Shown here one piece after another: positions 13,321 through 25,457 of a stretch of DNA of 64,000 bases (position 1 is the stretch's first letter; every line of letters starts with the position of its first letter). The position numbers were made by a program, and so were the translations under genes. Source of the stretch: Eukaryota sp. GEM-RC1 (Eukaryota); assembly GCA_040285855.1 (NCBI GenBank), contig JAUFOQ010000003.1, positions 372,001 through 436,000 of the forward strand, written 5' to 3'. Under the pieces are notes generated by a model that saw only the letters and a program-made list of their open reading frames with translations, did no database searches and was not told where the DNA came from.

Positions 13321-15425
13321 TGAAAAAAGAAACCAGGTTGCATCACTGTTGTTATGTTAATTATTGGTGTTCAGTTTCTAGTCAGCTGAATGGCACCATG
13401 TGGAGTTGAACTCCGTTTATGTTCGATAGATGAATATTTCAAATTTTGCTGCAAGCAACCTCTGTACTACCAACAGTACGAACTATAACACAGTTTGATA
13501 GACATTGAGATTCAGTCCTCTTTCGGGTCTATGGATTTCACCGATAACAGTGAATCTCTTGTCAAAATTTTGTTAGACAACAACGATTTGTCTCTTTGGT
13601 AATCAAAGTCCTAGAAAATACTTCTCAGTACGTTACAGGGAACATCTGAAACCGTATACTCTCATCTAAATGTACAGTTTGTATCAATTTGTTCCTTTAA
13701 CCGAACAGTTTTCAACAACACTACAGTCTTCATCAACACGAACAACAACAGAATGTATGAAAAAAGGAAACCAGGTTGCATCACTGTTGTTATGTTAATT
13801 ATTGGTGTTCAGTTTCTAGTCAACTGAATGGCACTATGTGGAGTTGAACTCCGTTGATGAATATTTTAAATTTGCTGCAAGCAACCTCTGTACTACCAAC
13901 AGTACGAACTATAACACAGTTTGATAGACATTGAGATTCAGACCTCTTTCGGATCTATGAATTTCATTGATAACAGTGAATCTCTTGTCAAAATTTTGTT
14001 AGACAATAACGATTTTTCTCTTTGGTAATCAAAGTCCTAGAAAATACTTCTCAGTATGTAACAGGGGACATCTAAATCCGTATACTGTCATCTAAATGTA
14101 CAGTTTGTGTCAATTTGTTCCTTTAACCGAATAGTGATCAACAACACTACAGTCTTCATCAACACGAACAACAACAAAAGAGATACAAGATGGATGAAAA
14201 AAAGAAACCAGGTTGCATCACTGTTGTTATGTTAATTATTGGTGTTCAGTTTCTAGTCAGCTGAATGGCACCATGTGGAGTTGAACTCCGTTTATGTTCG
14301 ATAGATGAATATTTCAAATTTTGCTGCAAGCAACCTCTGTACTACCAACAGTACGAACTATAACACAGTTTGATAGACATTGAGATTCAGTCCTCTTTCG
14401 GGTCTATGGATTTCACCGATAACAGTGAATCTCTTGTCAAAATTTTGTTAGACAACAACGATTTGTCTCTTTGGTAATCAAAGTCCTAGAAAATACTTCT
14501 CAGTACGTTACAGGGAACATCTGAAACCGTATACTCTCATCTAAATGTACAGTTTGTATCAATTTGTTCCTTTAACCGAACAGTTTTCAACAACACTACA
14601 GTCTTCATCAACACGAACAACAACAGAATGTATGAAAAAAGGAAACCAGGTTGCATCACTGTTGTTATGTTAATTATTGGTGTTCAGTTTCTAGTCAACT
14701 GAATGGCACTATGTGGAGTTGAACTCCGTTGATGAATATTTTAAATTTGCTGCAAGCAACCTCTGTACTACCAACAGTACGAACTATAACACAGTTTGAT
14801 AGACATTGAGATTCAGACCTCTTTCGGATCTATGAATTTCATTGATAACAGTGAATCTCTTGTCAAAATTTTGTTAGACAATAACGATTTTTCTCTTTGG
14901 TAATCAAAGTCCTAGAAAATACTTCTCAGTATGTAACAGGGGACATCTAAATCCGTATACTGTCATCTAAATGTACAGTTTGTGTCAATTTGTTCCTTTA
15001 ACCGAATAGTGATCAACAACACTACAGTCTTCATCAACACGAACAACAACAAAAGAGATACAAGATGGATGAAAAAAAGAAACCAGGTTGCATCACTGTT
15101 GTTATGTTAATTATTGGTGTTCAGTTTCTAGTCAGCTGAATGGCACCATGTGGAGTTGAACTCCGTTTATGTTCGATAGATGAATATTTCAAATTTTGCT
15201 GCAAGCAACCACCAACAGTACGAACTATAACACAGTTTGATAGACATTGAGATTCAGTCCTCTTTCGGGTCTATGGATTTCACCGATAACAGTGAATCTC
15301 TTGTCAAAATTTTGTTAGACAACAACGATTTGTCTCTTTGGTAATCAAAGTCCTAGAAAATACTTCTCAGTACGTTACAGGGAACATCTGAAACCGTATA
15401 CTCTCATCTAAATGTACAGTCGATA

Positions 15426-17447
15426 TCAATTTGTTCCTTTAACCGAACAGTTTTCAACAACACTACAGTCTTCATCAACACGAACAACAACAAAAGAGAT
15501 ACAAGATGGATGAAAAAAGATTTGGTTGTGTGTAATTTTTTGGACTTTCTCTTCTAATTGCGCAAGTTTCTGTTGAGTTGGAAAATCTGTAAATTTATAA
15601 TACCCACTTGATCGACTTATCATTGGAGCCAATGTGTTATTGAAAAACTTTATAATTCCAGCAATGACATTATCCAATGCTCCAATTTGGTTGTTTAGAT
15701 CACCCATTTGGTTATTGATTTGACCAATATCTTTGCTAAAGATATCTCCATGCACATATCTTCCCAACATTTCCTCAATGGTCCCTAAAAGATCATCTCT
15801 AAACAGATTTAACTCTTCAGCTTGACTATGTCCCCCATATAAGGAAGGAACAAACACATCATCTAAATTGGATTCTCCAAAATCTGTATTCAAAATATCA
15901 TCAACAATTCTTGGTCTTCTTCCTCCAATTCTACCCCCAAAGTATCTGAAAGAATCTTGATCATAGAAATTTGATACAGCAAAAGAATCATCGATACCTT
16001 GTCGATAGAAATTAATCAAGAATCGTTTTAAAGAATTCAAATATCTTCTATATAATTGATATTGCATAAAATGTGGATTGTTAGCTTTTTGAATTATTTC
16101 TGCAATTTGATGGTCTAACCCATCAATGTGTTGACCCATTGATATACGAGCAATCACCTCATACAATACTTTTAAATCTTGATATAAAACATCAACGTGT
16201 CTACTATCTAAATCCTGAAGAGATGCAATTTGATCATATGATTCTTTAGCCACACGAATGTCATTCTTTAATGCTCGTAAAGAAGAATCATCCAAATCAC
16301 AATCAATTAATGTTTTCATCCAATTTGCACAGAATAATTGAGAACAAGTTTTTGTATTTTCCAAAGTTTGTACGACATTTGGATTTTGAAGTAAATCTTC
16401 TCCCACATGTTCACAAATATCATTATAAGTGATGTTGGAATGTTTTAATAATTTTGGATTTTCATCTCCAATGACATTATATTTAATCAGATTTTGTAAT
16501 CTAATGTGATCGTCATTTGTAATTGGAGTACTATTCAGATCCTCATCTTCAACTGATGTAAAAATGGTATTTAATGAATTTGAACAATAAGCAGGTTTTT
16601 TTAATGTTGTAGTGTAAGATTGTGTTTCTAAATCATAAACAATGGTTTCTTGAGTTTGATCTGGTCCAAGTTTCACTAATGCATCATTTGGATTGAATTT
16701 TCCAAAGGTTAATGCTTTTGCAGGATATTCGCCATCATCAGCTACCTCTGCTGGATCTACAGGAAGACTTTTAGCATTTCCTGGATATATGCGTACAACA
16801 AAATGATCCGGAGAAACATCAGAAGAACCACCTTTTTGGAAGTACGAGTGAATGCTTGGGGGTTTTACATAGAATTCATCAAACACGTTCTTACCAGTAT
16901 TTGGTCCATACTCCTTATCTAAATGATTGTAATACCAATCCAGATTCGCCTTATTCTGACTATCATTCAAATCCAACCAATTCTGATGTAATGGATTTGC
17001 ATGCCATCGTCTAAAGATGTCATTATTAATGGGTCTGACATAAGGACGACCCTCTTCGTAAAGCATATTAGCATACTTGGGAACAAAATATTCATGGTAC
17101 AATCTGTAAATGTCATCTGGAGTTGGTTTACGGTTCGTGGCTTGTTCATAGTCTTGTCTGTATTTTTCTGTTTCATTCCACCACGTAGTTCTATCATTCA
17201 AATTCACAAATTTTAGCTCGTATCCAATCTTGTCATTTTCAAATACGTGCAGTCTAAGAGTCTCATCTTGCCTAGTTCGAGGTCGAGTTTTTAGAATGGG
17301 TCCCACAGTTGGTATATTTGTAGAGGGTTTAGAAGTGGATTGAGAAGTTGAGTCGTGTTGTTGTTTAGCAGCATCTTCTCGTTGTTTTCGTTTTCGTTGA
17401 GCAGCATCATGGCTGGAGAGTGTGAGATGGGAAGTGATGTGTTGCAT
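15426..17447 (-). CDS. Unknown ~640 aa protein, 3'-truncated and reading into the satellite; possibly a viral structural/core protein
   Basis: Long ORF starting at ATG. It has no stop of its own and after ...KITHNQ runs into repeat sequence. Contains QKGG, FGG, IGG and LYGG motifs. No family recognised. Confidence 0.7.
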   Translation of the reverse strand: MQHITSHLTLSSHDAAQRKRKQREDAAKQQHDSTSQSTSKPSTNIPTVGPILKTRPRTRQDETLRLHVFENDKIGYELKFVNLNDRTTWWNETEKYRQDYEQATNRKPTPDDIYRLYHEYFVPKYANMLYEEGRPYVRPINNDIFRRWHANPLHQNWLDLNDSQNKANLDWYYNHLDKEYGPNTGKNVFDEFYVKPPSIHSYFQKGGSSDVSPDHFVVRIYPGNAKSLPVDPAEVADDGEYPAKALTFGKFNPNDALVKLGPDQTQETIVYDLETQSYTTTLKKPAYCSNSLNTIFTSVEDEDLNSTPITNDDHIRLQNLIKYNVIGDENPKLLKHSNITYNDICEHVGEDLLQNPNVVQTLENTKTCSQLFCANWMKTLIDCDLDDSSLRALKNDIRVAKESYDQIASLQDLDSRHVDVLYQDLKVLYEVIARISMGQHIDGLDHQIAEIIQKANNPHFMQYQLYRRYLNSLKRFLINFYRQGIDDSFAVSNFYDQDSFRYFGGRIGGRRPRIVDDILNTDFGESNLDDVFVPSLYGGHSQAEELNLFRDDLLGTIEEMLGRYVHGDIFSKDIGQINNQMGDLNNQIGALDNVIAGIIKFFNNTLAPMISRSSGYYKFTDFPTQQKLAQLEEKVQKITHNQIFFHPSCISFVVVRVDEDCSVVENCSVKGTN

Positions 17448-18192
17448 GAAGTTTTTAACAATGTATCTCCATTAATTTTGCATGTTGAGATAATCTAATA
17501 GCTTCTAACTCTTTCTTTACAGCTGGATCCAAAACAAATCCTGTGTTCTGGAGTCTACGTAAAGTCTCATTACTTACTTGATATAAATCCATCGCGTCTT
17601 TATAAACTTTTTCTAGGTCATTGGTTAATCTCGTGGATAATTGAGTTAACTCCTCTGAATTTCCTACACCTATCGCGGTTTGTTGATATTGGGTAAATAA
17701 ATCAATCATTTCATTATATTTAGCAAGCAGATTGATGTTATTTGAATATGCAGCATTTAAAAAAACTGCTAGAGTTTGTTTTTGATGATTAGATGCGTTA
17801 AATTTTTGTACTTCTTCTCTTGTCTTTGTTTGTTCCTGTCGTAGTTGTTGCTGCAAGTTCTTTACAGATTCATTTAGTTTAGCCATCTCAAGCTTTGAAA
17901 CATTTCGCGTATTCTTAAGTTGAGCAGCCAACTCCTTATGTTGAGCAACACTTGATTCATATGATGGCCTTAGTCTATGCAGATCTTTTTCCTTTTCAGT
18001 ATATTGTTTAATAAGATTCTCATAGTCGATCTTCATTTTGTCAATAGTTTCCTGCAATTGCTGAGAGTTCCTATGCTCATCTCTGAGTTGATCCTGTAAT
18101 TGTTTTATCATATCTTGTACACCTGGAGCACCATCGCTAATATTTTGTTTTAACCGATTAATTTCAGATTGCAATTTTCTGATTTAAGATTT
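15521..18192 (-). mobile_element. 2.67 kb cassette, copy 3 (both ORFs unbroken)
   Basis: Same junctions. Carries the continuous 673 aa and 239 aa ORFs. Confidence 0.9.
17455..18174 (-). CDS. Coiled-coil protein, probably 5'-truncated (copies at 6611-7330, 12582-13302 split, 24720-25439)
   Basis: Q/E/K/L-rich heptad pattern. Starts at TTG 18 bp from the cassette edge. Ends 7 bp upstream of the ATG of the long ORF. Confidence 0.7.
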   Translation of the reverse strand: MQSEINRLKQNISDGAPGVQDMIKQLQDQLRDEHRNSQQLQETIDKMKIDYENLIKQYTEKEKDLHRLRPSYESSVAQHKELAAQLKNTRNVSKLEMAKLNESVKNLQQQLRQEQTKTREEVQKFNASNHQKQTLAVFLNAAYSNNINLLAKYNEMIDLFTQYQQTAIGVGNSEELTQLSTRLTNDLEKVYKDAMDLYQVSNETLRRLQNTGFVLDPAVKKELEAIRLSQHAKLMEIHC

Positions 18193-21100
18193 TGAAAAAA
18201 AGAAACCAGGTTGCATCACTGTTGTTATGTTAATTATTGGTGTTCAGTTTCTAGTCAGCTGAATGGCACCATGTGGAGTTGAACTCCGTTTATGTTCGAT
18301 AGATGAATATTTCAAATTTTGCTGCAAGCAACCTCTGTACTACCAACAGTACGAACTATAACACAGTTTGATAGACATTGAGATTCAGTCCTCTTTCGGG
18401 TCTATGGATTTCACCGATAACAGTGAATCTCTTGTCAAAATTTTGTTAGACAACAACGATTTGTCTCTTTGGTAATCAAAGTCCTAGAAAATACTTCTCA
18501 GTACGTTACAGGGAACATCTGAAACCGTATACTCTCATCTAAATGTACAGTTTGTATCAATTTGTTCCTTTAACCGAACAGTTTTCAACAACACTACAGT
18601 CTTCATCAACACGAACAACAACAGAATGTATGAAAAAAGGAAACCAGGTTGCATCACTGTTGTTATGTTAATTATTGGTGTTCAGTTTCTAGTCAACTGA
18701 ATGGCACTATGTGGAGTTGAACTCCGTTGATGAATATTTTAAATTTGCTGCAAGCAACCTCTGTACTACCAACAGTACGAACTATAACACAGTTTGATAG
18801 ACATTGAGATTCAGACCTCTTTCGGATCTATGAATTTCATTGATAACAGTGAATCTCTTGTCAAAATTTTGTTAGACAATAACGATTTTTCTCTTTGGTA
18901 ATCAAAGTCCTAGAAAATACTTCTCAGTATGTAACAGGGGACATCGAAATCCGTATACTGTCATCTAAATGTACAGTTTGTGTCAATTTGTTCCTTTAAC
19001 CGAATAGTGATCAACAACACTACAGTCTTCATCAACACGAACAACAACAAAAGAGATACAAGATGGATGAAAAAAAGAAACCAGGTTGCATCACTGTTGT
19101 TATGTTAATTATTGGTGTTCAGTTTCTAGTCAGCTGAATGGCACCATGTGGAGTTGAACTCCGTTTATGTTCGATAGATGAATATTTCAAATTTTGCTGC
19201 AAGCAACCACCAACAGTACGAACTATAACACAGTTTGATAGACATTGAGATTCAGTCCTCTTTCGGGTCTATGGATTTCACCGATAACAGTGAATCTCTT
19301 GTCAAAATTTTGTTAGACAACAACGATTTGTCTCTTTGGTAATCAAAGTCCTAGAAAATACTTCTCAGTACGTTACAGGGAACATCTGAAACCGTATACT
19401 CTCATCTAAATGTACAGTCGATATCAATTTGTTCCTTTAACCGAACAGTTTTCAACAACACTACAGTCTTCATCAACACGAACAACAACAAAAGAGATAC
19501 AAGATGGATGAAAAAAGGAAACCAGGTTGCATCACTGTTGTTATGTTAATTATTGGTGTTCAGTTTCTAGTCAGCTGAATGGCACCATGTGGAGTTGGAC
19601 TCCGTTTATGATCGACAGATATTTTAAAATTTTGCTGCAAGCAACCTCTGTACTACTAACAGTACGAACTATAACACAGTTTGATAGACATTGAGCTTCA
19701 GACCTCCTTCGGATCTATGGATGTCACCGATAACAGTGAATCTCTTGTCGTCATTTTGTTAGACAACAAAGATTTTTCTCTTTGGTAATCAAAGTCCTAG
19801 AAGATACTTCTCAGTACGTTAAAGGGAACATCTAAAACCGTACACTCTCATTTAAATGTACAGTTTGTATCAATTTGTTCCTTTAACCGAACAGTTTTCA
19901 ACAACGCTACAGTCTTCATCAACACGAACAACAACAAAAGAGATACAAAATGGAAAAAACGGGGTTTATGATCGTTCAGTGAAATACATGCATTTGCAGA
20001 AGTTAATAACTAACAGTCACTAACTAAAGTATCTAAACTATAATCCTTCTGTCCATCACCGAACAACTTACCTAAAATTGAATTAAAATATCTGTGCATT
20101 GAACGAAACAACGCAAACGTTAACCTGCTCAACGAAAAATTACAAGACGGATGGAAAAAAAGGGAAACCAGGTTGCATCACTCTTGTTGTGTTAATAATT
20201 GGTGTTCAGTCTCTAGTCAGCTGAATGGCACCATGTGGAGTTGAACTCCGTTTATGATCGACAGATATTTTAAATTTTTGCTGCAAGCAACCTCTGTACT
20301 ACCAACAGTACGAACTATAACACAGTTTGATAGACATTGAGATTCAGACCTCTTTCGGATCTATGAATTTCATTGATAACAGTGAATCTCTTGTCAAAAT
20401 TTTGTTAGACAATAACGATTTTTCTCTTTGGTAATCAAAGTCCTAGAAAATACTTCTCAGTATGTAACAGGGGACATCTAAATCCGTATACTGTCATCTA
20501 AATGTACAGTTTGTGTCAATTTGTTCCTTTAACCGAATAGTGATCAACAACACTACAGTCTTCATCAACACGAACAACAACAAAAGAGATACAAAATGGA
20601 TGGAAAAAAAGGAAACCAGGTTGCATCACTGTTGTGAAGTTAATTATCAGTGTTCAGTTTCTAGTCAGCTGAATGGCACCATGTGGAGTTGAACTCCGTT
20701 TATGATCAATAGATGAATATTTTAAATTTGCTGCAAGCAACCACCAACAGTACGAACTATAACACAGTTTGATAGACATTGAGATTCAGTCCTCTTTCGG
20801 GTCTATGGATTTCACCGATAACAGTGAATCTCTTGTCAAAATTTTGTTAGACAACAACGATTTGTCTCTTTGGTAATCAAAGTCCTAGAAAATACTTCTC
20901 AGTACGTTACAGGGAACATCTGAAACCGTATACTCTCATCTAAATGTACAGTTTGTATCAATTTGTTCCTTTAACCGAACAGTTTTCAACAACACTACAG
21001 TCTTCATCAACACGAACAACAACAGAATGTATGAAAAAAGGAAACCAGGTTGCATCACTGTTGTTATGTTAATTATTGGTGTTCAGTTTCTAGTCAACTG

Positions 21101-22787
21101 AATGGCACTATGTGGAGTTGAACTCCGTTGATGAATATTTTAAATTTGCTGCAAGCAACCTCTGTACTACCAACAGTACGAACTATAACACAGTTTGATA
21201 GACATTGAGATTCAGACCTCTTTCGGATCTATGAATTTCATTGATAACAGTGAATCTCTTGTCAAAATTTTGTTAGACAATAACGATTTTTCTCTTTGGT
21301 AATCAAAGTCCTAGAAAATACTTCTCAGTATGTAACAGGGGACATCTAAATCCGTATACTGTCATCTAAATGTACAGTTTGTGTCAATTTGTTCCTTTAA
21401 CCGAATAGTGATCAACAACACTACAGTCTTCATCAACACGAACAACAACAAAAGAGATACAAGATGGATGGAAAAAAAGGAAACCAGGTTGCATCACTGT
21501 TGTTAAGTTAATTATCAGTGTTCAGTTTCTAGTCAGCTGAATGGCACCATGTGGAGTTGAACTCCGTTTATGATCAATAGATGAATATTTTAAATTTGCT
21601 GCAAGCAACCACCAACAGTACGAACTATAACACAGTTTGATAGACATTGAGATTCAGACCTCTTTCGGATCTATGAATTTCATTGATAACAGTGAATCTC
21701 TTGTCAAAATTTTGTTAGACAATAACGATTTTTCTCTTTGGTAATCAAAGTCCTAGAAAATACTTCTCAGTATGTAACAGGGGACATCTAAATCCGTATA
21801 CTGTCATCTAAATGTACAGTTTGTGTCAATTTGTTCCTTTAACCGAATAGTGATCAACAACACTACAGTCTTCATCAACACGAACAACAACAAAAGAGAT
21901 ACAAGATGGATGGAAAAAAGGAAACCAGGTTGCATCACTGTTGTTAAGTTAATTATCAGTGTTCAGTTTCTAGTCAGCTGAATGGCACCATGTGAAGTTG
22001 AACTCCGTTTATGATCAATAGATGAATATTTTAAATTTGCTGCAAGCAACCACCAACAGTACGAACTATAACACAGTTTGATAGACATTGAGATTCAGTC
22101 CTCTTTCGGGTCTATGGATTTCACCGATAACAGTGAATCTCTTGTCAAAATTTTGTTAGACAACAACGATTTGTCTCTTTGGTAATCAAAGTCCTAGAAA
22201 ATACTTCTCAGTACGTTACAGGGAACATCTGAAACCGTATACTCTCATCTAAATGTACAGTTTGTATCAATTTGTTCCTTTAACCGAACAGTTTTCAACA
22301 ACACTACAGTCTTCATCAACACGAACAACAACAGAATGTATGAAAAAAGGAAACCAGGTTGCATCACTGTTGTTATGTTAATTATTGGTGTTCAGTTTCT
22401 AGTCAACTGAATGGCACTATGTGGAGTTGAACTCCGTTGATGAATATTTTAAATTTGCTGCAAGCAACCTCTGTACTACCAACAGTACGAACTATAACAC
22501 AGTTTGATAGACATTGAGATTCAGACCTCTTTCGGATCTATGAATTTCATTGATAACAGTGAATCTCTTGTCAAAATTTTGTTAGACAATAACGATTTTT
22601 CTCTTTGGTAATCAAAGTCCTAGAAAATACTTCTCAGTATGTAACAGGGGACATCTAAATCCGTATACTGTCATCTAAATGTACAGTTTGTGTCAATTTG
22701 TTCCTTTAACCGAATAGTGATCAACAACACTACAGTCTTCATCAACACGAACAACAACAAAAGAGATACAAGATGGATGAAAAAAGA

Positions 22788-25457
22788 TTTGGTTGTGTGT
22801 AATTTTTGGACTTTCTCTTCTAATTGCGCAAGTTTCTGTTGAGTTGGAAAATCTGTAAATTTATAATACCCACTTGATCGACTTATCATTGGAGCCAATG
22901 TGTTATTGAAAAACTTTATAATTCCAGCAATGACATTATCCAATGCTCCAATTTGGTTGTTTAGATCACCCATTTGGTTATTGATTTGACCAATATCTTT
23001 GCTAAAGATATCTCCATGCACATATCTTCCCAACATTTCCTCAATGGTCCCTAAAAGATCATCTCTAAACAGATTTAACTCTTCAGCTTGACTATGTCCC
23101 CCATATAAGGAAGGAACAAACACATCATCTAAATTGGATTCTCCAAAATCTGTATTCAAAATATCATCAACAATTCTTGGTCTTCTTCCTCCAATTCTAC
23201 CCCCAAAGTATCTGAAAGAATCTTGATCATAGAAATTTGATACAGCAAAAGAATCATCGATACCTTGTCGATAGAAATTAATCAAGAATCGTTTTAAAGA
23301 ATTCAAATATCTTCTATATAATTGATATTGCATAAAATGTGGATTGTTAGCTTTTGAATTATTTCTGCAATTTGATGGTCTAACCCATCAATGTGTTGAC
23401 CCATTGATATACGAACAATCACCTCATACAATACTTTTAAATCTTGATATAAAACATCAACGTGTCTACTATCTAAATCCTGAAGAGATGCAATTTGATC
23501 ATATGATTCTTTAGCCACACGAATGTCATTCTTTAATGCTCGTAAAGAAGAATCATCCAAATCACAATCAATTAATGTTTTCATCCAATTTGCACAGAAT
23601 AATTGAGAACAAGTTTTTGTATTTTCCAAAATTTGTACGACATTTGGATTTTGAAGTAAATCTTCTCCCACATGTTCACAAATATCATTATAAGTGATGT
23701 TGGAATGTTTTAATAATTTTGGATTTTCATCTCCAATGACATTATATTTAATCAGATTTTGTAATCTAATGTGATCGTTATTTGTAATTGGAGTACTATT
23801 CAGATCCTCATCTTCAACTGATGTAAAAATGGTATTTAATGAATTTGAACAATAAGCAGGTTTTTTTTAATGTTGTAGTGTAAGATTGTGTTTCTAAATC
23901 ATAAACAATGGTTTCTTGAGTTTGATCTGGTCCAAGTTTCACTAATGCATCATTTGGATTGAATTTTCCAAAGGTTAATGCTTTTGCAAGATATTCGCCA
24001 TCATCAGCTACCTCTGCTGGATCTACAGGAAGACTTTTAGCATTTCCTGGATATATGCGTACAACAAAATGATCCGGAGAAACATCAGAAGAACCACCTT
24101 TTTGAAGTACGAGTGAATGCTTGGGGGTTTTACATAGAATTCATCAAACACGTTCTTACCAGTATTTGGTCCATACTCCTTATCTAAATGATTGTAATAC
24201 CAATCCAGATTCGCCTTATTCTGACTATCATTCAAATCCAACCAATTCTGATGTAATGGATTTGCATGCCATCGTCTAAAGATGTCATTATTAATGGGTC
24301 TGACATAAGGACGACCCTCTTCGTAAAGCATATTAGCATACTTGGGAACAAAATATTCATGGTACAATCTGTAAATGTCATCTGGAGTTGGTTTACGGTT
24401 CGTGGCTTGTTCATAGTATTGTCTGTATTTTTCTGTTTCATTCCACCACGTAGTTCTATCATTCAAATTCACAAATTTTAGCTCGTATCCAATCTTGTCA
24501 TTTTCAAATACGTGCAGTCTAAGAGTCTCATCTTGCCTAGTTCGAGGTCGAGTTTTTAGAATGGGTCCCACAGTTGGTATATTTGTAGAGGGTTTAGAAG
24601 TGGATTGAGAAGTTGAGTCGTGTTGTTGTTTAGCAGCATCTTCTCGTTGTTTTCGTTTTCGTTGAGCAGCATCATGGCTGGAGAGTGTGAGATGGAAAGT
24701 GATGTGTTGCATGAAGTTTTTAACAATGTATCTCCATTAATTTTGCATGTTGAGATAATCTAATAGCTTCTAACTCTTTCTTTACAGCTGGATCCAAAAC
24801 AAATCCTGTGTTCTGGAGTCTACGTAAAGTCTCATTACTTACTTGATATAAATCCATCGCGTCTTTATAAACTTTTTCTAGGTCATTGGTTAATCTCGTG
24901 GATAATTGAGTTAACTCCTCTGAATTTCCTACACCTATCGCGGTTTGTTGATATTGGGTAAATAAATCAATCATTTCATTATATTTAGCAAGCAGATTGA
25001 TGTTATTTGAATATGCAGCATTTAAAAAAACTGCTAGAGTTTGTTTTTGATGATTAGATGCGTTAAATTTTTGTACTTCTTCTCTTGTCTTTGTTTGTTC
25101 CTGTCGTAGTTGTTGCTGCAAGTTCTTTACAGATTCATTTAGTTTAGCCATCTCAAGCTTTGAAACATTTCGCGTATTCTTAAGTTGAGCAGCCAACTCC
25201 TTATGTTGAGCAACAATTGATTCATATGATGTCCTTAGTCTATGCAGATCTTTTTCCTTTTCAGTATATTGTTTAATAAGATTCTCATAGTCGATCTTCA
25301 TTTTGTCAATAGTTTCCTGCAATTGCTGAGAGTTCATATGCTCATCTCTGAGTTGATCCTGTAATTGTTTTATCATATCTTGTACACCTGGAGCACCATC
25401 GCTAATATTTTGTTTTAACCGATTAATTTCAGATTGCAATTTTCTGATTTAAGATTT
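22788..25457 (-). mobile_element. 2.67 kb cassette, copy 4
   Basis: Same junctions. The long ORF is broken by several 1-bp indels. Confidence 0.9.
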
